Source of the DNA: Planctomycetota bacterium | Lineage (GTDB): Bacteria; Planctomycetota; B15-G4; SIAN01 | Assembly (NCBI GenBank): GCA_031409275.1 | Contig: JANNXA010000050.1 | Span: forward strand, 160,001-224,000 | Direction: 5' to 3' | Length of the DNA: 64,000 nt | Shown here: in pieces, positions 59,461 through 64,000 of the stretch | Layout of the letters: each line of letters begins with the position of its first letter | Numbering within the stretch: the stretch's first letter is position 1 | Position numbers and translations under genes: made by a program | Notes under the pieces: generated by a model | What the model saw: the letters and a program-made list of their open reading frames with translations, nothing else | The model's database searches: none | What the model was told of the DNA's origin: nothing

Positions 59461-60182
59461 AGAAGCTGATGCCTTGGCTGCGATTGGGTGCGTTCTGCTT
59501 CGCGCTGTTCGGCATCTCGGCGTTGGCCGTGCTGCTCAAGCAAGGGCGCTTGCTGCAGCACGAGAAGGGGCCCGACGAGCAGGTCGGCGAGCACCCCGAA
59601 GGTGAGCCCGAAGAGAAGGAGGAGGCGGTGAAGGCCTCCCTTGGCGGCAGCACGAATCCCGCCGCCGGCACCGACGACGCCAAGCGCGCGAAGTCGCTTG
59701 CGACCGGTCGCGCGCTGTTCGACCTGCCGGCACCGATCTCGATCGCCGAGGCGAGCGACCTGCTGAACGAGCTCAAGCGGCAGAAGGCCGACAACGACGT
59801 TCGCCGCGCCGCGCTCGAACAGCGCGAGCGTGAAGTCGCGGCCATGGAGAGCGAGATCGAGACGCGCCGGACCGAGGTGATCAAGCTCATCGACAAGCTC
59901 CAGCTGAGCACGCCCGTCGCCCCTGGCGACGCCGCCGAAGAACCGCTCGATCCGAAGGCGCTCACGGTGCTTGCCGGCATCGTCGCGTCGATGCAGCCGG
60001 ATGTCGCCGCGCGTTGGTTGGAGCAGACGGAGGCCGGCAAGGCGGCGATGATCCTGCTGCGGATGGAAGAGGCGAAGGCGGCCGAGGTGCTGGCGCTGAT
60101 CGCGCCCGACAAGCTCCTCAAGCTCACCGACATGCTGCTGCGGACGAAGGTGGACACGGACGCGGAGAGCGACGGCGGCTGA
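59457..60182 (+). CDS. MotE/YlxF-like flagellar protein (TM, coiled coil, MgtE-N-like C-terminus)
   Basis: SMQPDVAA..L...AAMILLRMEEAKAAEVLALI.P; position after fliJ. Confidence 0.8.
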   Translation: MKKLMPWLRLGAFCFALFGISALAVLLKQGRLLQHEKGPDEQVGEHPEGEPEEKEEAVKASLGGSTNPAAGTDDAKRAKSLATGRALFDLPAPISIAEASDLLNELKRQKADNDVRRAALEQREREVAAMESEIETRRTEVIKLIDKLQLSTPVAPGDAAEEPLDPKALTVLAGIVASMQPDVAARWLEQTEAGKAAMILLRMEEAKAAEVLALIAPDKLLKLTDMLLRTKVDTDAESDGG

Positions 60183-60243
60183 CCCCGTCGACCGGCGCGC
60201 GCGTCGGTCGATGACGGAGAGGAGCGGCGGTCCGGCGCCGCTC

Positions 60244-60256
60244 GGAACGAAGTTCC
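60244..60256. promoter_or_regulatory. GGAA-N5-TTCC palindrome, putative transcription-factor site
   Basis: CGGAACGAAGTTCCC, 9 nt upstream of TCAAG. Confidence 0.5.
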
Positions 60257-60265
60257 CGCTTCTCC

Positions 60266-60294
60266 TCAAGCGTGGGCCGATCGTCGTCCGATAG
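60266..60294 (+). promoter_or_regulatory. putative sigma28-like promoter TCAAG-N16-TCCGATAG upstream of fliL
   Basis: Best match of the four copies to the GCCGATAA -10; lies in the 265-bp gap before fliL. Confidence 0.68.
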
Positions 60295-60384
60295 GTCACC
60301 CGGCGCACATTCCGGCCGAGCGGCTCACCCCGACCGGTCAGGGAACGACGGGCGTCTCCGGAGGGGGAAGCGCGCGACGCGTGC

Positions 60385-60400
60385 AGGAACCGCATTGGCA
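60385..60400 (+). promoter_or_regulatory. possible sigma54 -24/-12 element upstream of fliL
   Basis: AGGAACCGCATTGGCA is GG-N10-GC with four mismatches to TGGCACG-N4-TTGCW. Confidence 0.35.
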
Positions 60401-60447
60401 TCTCGACGGAAGCGTCGGCGCCGAGCGCTGACGCAGGAGATCGGCAG

Positions 60448-61026
60448 ATGTCCGAGGCCGAAAAGAAAGAACCAGCCAAGGACGGCGCCCCAGCCGCCCC
60501 AGCCGCCCCAGCCGCCCCAGCCGCTCCGAGCAAGCTCAAGTCGCTGCTGCCCTATCTCCTCGGCGGCCTCACGTCGATTGGACTCGGCCTCACGGCCGCG
60601 ATCGTCACCGCTCCCGTCCACAGCGATCCGACGGTGATCGAGGAGCACGAAGAGCCGCCGCCGACGCCGCTCGACTCCTTCCTCCCGCCTTGCAAGATCG
60701 CCCTCGGCGAGATGACCGTGGGGCTCGCCAGCGCCGGCAAATCCTCCGGCGCGAACATGAGCCTCGTCCTCGAGGTGCGCGTCAAGGACCTGCTGAAGCA
60801 GAAGGAGATCGAGGAGGGTTGCGCCAAAGGCGGAGGGCTCGCCGCGCCGGTGCGCGATGCGCTGATCACGCTGATGTCCGGCAAGCAGGCGACCGACCTC
60901 AAGTCCCCGCATGGCCATCAGCTGTTCAAGCTCGAGGTCCTCGACAAGCTTGCGCCGATCCTCTTCCCCGACCAGGCCGAGGGCGCCCTCACCGGCGTCT
61001 ACTTCGAAAAGTTCCTCGTCGAATGA
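60448..61026 (+). CDS. fliL: flagellar basal body-associated protein FliL
   Basis: N-terminal TM; VRDALITLMSGK...L....G...FK; VYFEKFLVE terminus. Confidence 0.9.
   Translation: MSEAEKKEPAKDGAPAAPAAPAAPAAPSKLKSLLPYLLGGLTSIGLGLTAAIVTAPVHSDPTVIEEHEEPPPTPLDSFLPPCKIALGEMTVGLASAGKSSGANMSLVLEVRVKDLLKQKEIEEGCAKGGGLAAPVRDALITLMSGKQATDLKSPHGHQLFKLEVLDKLAPILFPDQAEGALTGVYFEKFLVE
60487..60522 (+). repeat. perfect 9-bp tandem repeat (GCCCCAGCC)x4 encoding (APA)4 in the FliL N-terminus
   Basis: Read directly from the sequence. Confidence 0.95.
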
Positions 61027-62060
61027 AAGGCCCCGCGAAGAGCTACGACCTCTCCACGCCCGCGCCGCTCCCTCGCGAGTCGGCGCGCCGGCTCGAGACG
61101 CAGCGCGAGTCGCTTGCCGAGGAGATGCGCATCCACGTGCGCCGCCTCCTGCGGATCCGCACCGAGGTGTCGGTCGGCGCGGCCGACGTCGCGCGCGTGC
61201 GCCACTTCTCGGGATTCCACGACGGCAAGGCGTGGTGGTACAGCGGCGCCAGCAAAGCGGACCCGACCGCACGCACCGTGCTGCTCGGCTGCGCACCCGA
61301 CCTCGTCTATGCCGCGATCGACCGCCAGCTCGGCGGCCCCGGCCAGGCCAAGGCGACCGGCAAGGCGCCCACCACCATCGAGTTCGAGCTCGGGATGCGC
61401 TTCCTGCGCGATCTCTTCCTCGGTCTCTCGCGAGCGCTCGAACTGCCGCCGTTGGCGCTTTCGCTGACGCCGACGCGACCGCTGCCCGAGCCGCTCCTGA
61501 CCTTCATGCCCGACCTCGAAGAGCCGTTCGCCCGCATCCCGTGGAAGGTGAAGCTCTTCGATCAGGAGCACGAGCTCCTGCTTTGCGTCTCGCGCCGAAT
61601 CCTCGAAGCCGCCGAACCCAAGCCGACCGAGAACCAAGGCGGCGCCTCCGAGGTCGATGGCCCGATCGCGGTCACGCCGCTCGAACTCATCGTCGAGCTG
61701 GCGCGCTGCCGGCTCACGATCGACGAAGCCGCGGCGCTGGCGCCGGGCGATGTCGTCCTCTTCGAGCTGCCGCCGGGCGAACCGATCGACGTGCACATCC
61801 AGGGCAAGGCGCGCTTCCGCGCCAAGCTCGGCACCCACGAAGGCCGCTACGCCATCGAGGTCGCGCAAGTGCTGGAGCCGCTGGCGCCAAAGAATGCGGC
61901 GGTGGCTCCGACGCCACCCGCCGCCCCGGCGGCCCCGGTGGCCACGGCGACAGCGCCTGCCGCGAAGGCTGCCAGCGCCGGCGCGCCAGCGGGAGGCGGG
62001 GGCGGATCTGCGGGAACTCCGCGTCCAGCGGCGGCACGGCCAAAGCCGAAGAGTCCCTGA
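61023..62060 (+). CDS. fliM: flagellar motor switch protein FliM (N-terminally shortened), 345 aa
   Basis: YDL, IDRQLGGPG, PTTIE middle domain; SpoA domain (VELAR..LTI..A..LAPGDVV); Ala/Pro-rich tail. Confidence 0.88.
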   Translation: MKGPAKSYDLSTPAPLPRESARRLETQRESLAEEMRIHVRRLLRIRTEVSVGAADVARVRHFSGFHDGKAWWYSGASKADPTARTVLLGCAPDLVYAAIDRQLGGPGQAKATGKAPTTIEFELGMRFLRDLFLGLSRALELPPLALSLTPTRPLPEPLLTFMPDLEEPFARIPWKVKLFDQEHELLLCVSRRILEAAEPKPTENQGGASEVDGPIAVTPLELIVELARCRLTIDEAAALAPGDVVLFELPPGEPIDVHIQGKARFRAKLGTHEGRYAIEVAQVLEPLAPKNAAVAPTPPAAPAAPVATATAPAAKAASAGAPAGGGGGSAGTPRPAAARPKPKSP

Positions 62061-62061
62061 G

Positions 62062-62529
62062 ATGGCCGACAGCGACACTCCACCCACCGACGCGAGCGCC
62101 GCACCCGGCAGCGAATCGGGCGCCGGCACGGCGAGCGTCGCACCGGCGCAGGACGAGCCGGTCGAGCCGCAGGAACCGTCTCTCGCGTCGATCGACGTCT
62201 CGAGCCTGGGCGACGAGCCGTCGAGTGCGGCCGCGCAGGTCGCGCTTCCGGAATTCGGCACCAGCCACCCGAGCACTGGCCAGAAGCACCTCGGCATGCT
62301 GCTCGATGTCGGCGTCGAGGTCGCCGCCGTGGTCGGGACGCGCGAGCTCAAGCTCGAGCAGGTGCTCGCGATCCAGCCGGGCACGATCATCGACCTCGAC
62401 AAGCACGCCGGTCAGCCGATCGAGCTCTACGTGAACGGCAAGCCGATCGCGCTTGCCGAGATCGTCGTCGTCGACGGCCGACTCGGCGCTCGCGTCGTCG
62501 AATCGCTCAGCGCCCGCAAGCCGCGCTGA
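62062..62529 (+). CDS. fliN: flagellar motor switch protein FliN, 155 aa
   Basis: LLDVGVEV...VG...L....G.IIDLDK.AGQPIELYVNG...A.AEIVVVD..LGARV. Confidence 0.93.
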   Translation: MADSDTPPTDASAAPGSESGAGTASVAPAQDEPVEPQEPSLASIDVSSLGDEPSSAAAQVALPEFGTSHPSTGQKHLGMLLDVGVEVAAVVGTRELKLEQVLAIQPGTIIDLDKHAGQPIELYVNGKPIALAEIVVVDGRLGARVVESLSARKPR

Positions 62530-62544
62530 GCGTCGGCGCCGCGC

Positions 62545-63960
62545 TCAGCGCACGGCGCGGTCGATCGGCTGGTCCTTCGTCTCCGGCAACAGCGCTCCAC
62601 CCACGACCAGCGACATCAGGCAGACGGCGATCGGATAGGCGAGCCCAGCGTAGGCCGCGTTGTCGCCGAACCGCTCGCGCACCCAAGGCGACGTCGTCAG
62701 CGCGGTCGCAATCAACGGCAGGAAACCGCCGAACCAGCCGTTGCCGAGGTGATAGGGCAGCGACATCGAGGTGTAGCGGATCGACGTCGGGAACAACTCG
62801 ACGAGGAACGCGGCGATCGGCCCATAGACCATCGCCACCCACACCATCTGCAGCGCCACCAGCAGGATCATCCCGACCACGTTCGCCACCGGCAGCGACT
62901 CGACGTTGCCGGTGAAGTCAGGATTCGCCAGCGCCGTCAGCGCGCGATAGATCGGCAGGTAGCTCAGCGCGGCGAGCGCCATGCCGGCCAGCATCACCTT
63001 CTTGCGGCCGACCTTGTCCGACCAGCCGCCGAAGACGAGGAAGAGCGGCGTGCCGAGCAGCAGCGCACCCGCCACCACTCCGTAGGCGAGTTGCCAGGAG
63101 AGGTGCAGCGTCGCCTGCAGGAACGTGAGCGCATAGAACTGCCCGGTGTACCAGACGACGCCCTGCCCGGCGGTCGCGCCGAACAGCGCCACCAGCACGT
63201 AACGCAGGTTGACCGGGTTGGCGAAGCTCTCCTTCAGCGGATTGGCGACCACGCGCCCTTCGAGCTTGAGCTTCGCGAAGAGCGGCGATTCGCGCATCCG
63301 CAGCCGGATCCACAGCGACAGCGCCAGCAGCACGAACGAGACCAGGAACGGCAGTCTCCAGCCGAACTGAGCGAAGCGCTCCGGCCCGCACCACGCGCGC
63401 GTCGCGCCGATCACTCCGAGCGAGAGGAAGAAGCCGAGCGTCGCGGTGGTCTGGATGAAGCTCGTGTACCAGCCGCGCCGAGCGTCGGGCACGTGCTCGG
63501 CCACGTAGGTGGCGGCGCCGCCGTATTCGCCGCCGAGCGCGAGTCCCTGCACGAGGCGCAGCGTCACCAAGGCGATCGGCGCGAAGAGGCCGGCGTCGGC
63601 GTAGGTCGGCAGGACGCCGATCAGCGCGGTGGCAAGCCCCATCGTCACGATCGTGACGAGGAAGGTGTACTTGCGGCCGATGCGGTCGCCGATGCGACCG
63701 AAGACCAGCGCGCCGAGCGGCCGCACGCCGAAGCCGGCGCCGAAGGTGGCGAGGCTCGCGAGCAATGCCGTCCGCTCATTGCCGGCCGGGAAGAAGAGAC
63801 CGCCGAAGAAGACCGCGAGCGATCCGTACAGATAGAAGTCGTACCACTCGAAGAGCGTCCCAAGGCTCGACGCGAGGATGACGCGGCGAATGCCGGCCGC
63901 GTCGAGTGCGGGCGAACCGGGACGCTCGACGGCAGCGGCTGAGGCGACGGGTTGAACCAT
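62545..63960 (-). CDS. MFS transporter, metabolite:H+ symporter (MHS) family
   Basis: ASSLGTLFEWYDF, RPLGA, GDRIGRK, QGLALGGEYGGA, ESPLF, ELFPT.IRYT, PET. Confidence 0.95.
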   Translation of the reverse strand: MVQPVASAAAVERPGSPALDAAGIRRVILASSLGTLFEWYDFYLYGSLAVFFGGLFFPAGNERTALLASLATFGAGFGVRPLGALVFGRIGDRIGRKYTFLVTIVTMGLATALIGVLPTYADAGLFAPIALVTLRLVQGLALGGEYGGAATYVAEHVPDARRGWYTSFIQTTATLGFFLSLGVIGATRAWCGPERFAQFGWRLPFLVSFVLLALSLWIRLRMRESPLFAKLKLEGRVVANPLKESFANPVNLRYVLVALFGATAGQGVVWYTGQFYALTFLQATLHLSWQLAYGVVAGALLLGTPLFLVFGGWSDKVGRKKVMLAGMALAALSYLPIYRALTALANPDFTGNVESLPVANVVGMILLVALQMVWVAMVYGPIAAFLVELFPTSIRYTSMSLPYHLGNGWFGGFLPLIATALTTSPWVRERFGDNAAYAGLAYPIAVCLMSLVVGGALLPETKDQPIDRAVR

Positions 63961-63966
63961 CGCGGG

Positions 63967-63972
63967 AGCTTA
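63967..63972 (-). promoter_or_regulatory. putative housekeeping -10 element TAAGCT giving a leaderless transcript for the MFS gene
   Basis: Exactly 6 nt between the hexamer and the ATG at 63960; no SD sequence. Confidence 0.55.
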
Positions 63973-64000
63973 GCCCGCCTGATTCATGAGCCCCTGCTGC

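Noticed and set aside
53325..62529. Non-flagellar type III injectisome
   Set aside because: flgB, flgC, fliE, three-domain FliG, fliL and fliM are flagellum-specific

Overview
A very GC-rich (roughly 70% by eye), gene-dense bacterial chromosomal segment with about 56 CDSs. I recognised no rRNA, tRNA, CRISPR array, transposase or prophage gene. The gene style suggests an uncultured Planctomycetota-like organism (inference, not tested). The left and middle parts carry an ECF sigma / zinc-finger-TPR anti-sigma pair, queG-LysR, a PilZ-cNMP protein, a CHASE4 hybrid kinase, hutU and hutH about 10 kb apart, a glycosylation cluster (GT-C, GT2, epimerase, DegT), transporters and hydrolases. The right part (47.3-62.5 kb) is a flagellar basal-body/switch cluster: three TPR genes, PAS kinase, sigma54 activator, flgBC-fliEFGHIJ-motE-like, then fliLMN, with a divergent GT2-TPR glycosyltransferase. 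Most notable observations: (1) a bacterial gene with the full eukaryotic protein-arginine-methyltransferase (PRMT) signature, including double-E and THW loops; (2) a motility-regulon promoter grammar read from intergenic DNA, namely four TCAAG-N16-NYCGAW sigma28-like promoters with a spacer 2 nt longer than canonical plus a recurring GGAA-N5-TTCC palindrome, linking the flagellar operons to the distant PilZ-cNMP gene and a small orphan gene; (3) three TPR proteins heading the basal-body operon that may be an undescribed motor scaffold; (4) a FliM without the CheY-binding peptide; (5) a palindromic site that reads as a sigma54 promoter on both strands. All functional calls come from motif recognition by eye; no database searches were run.
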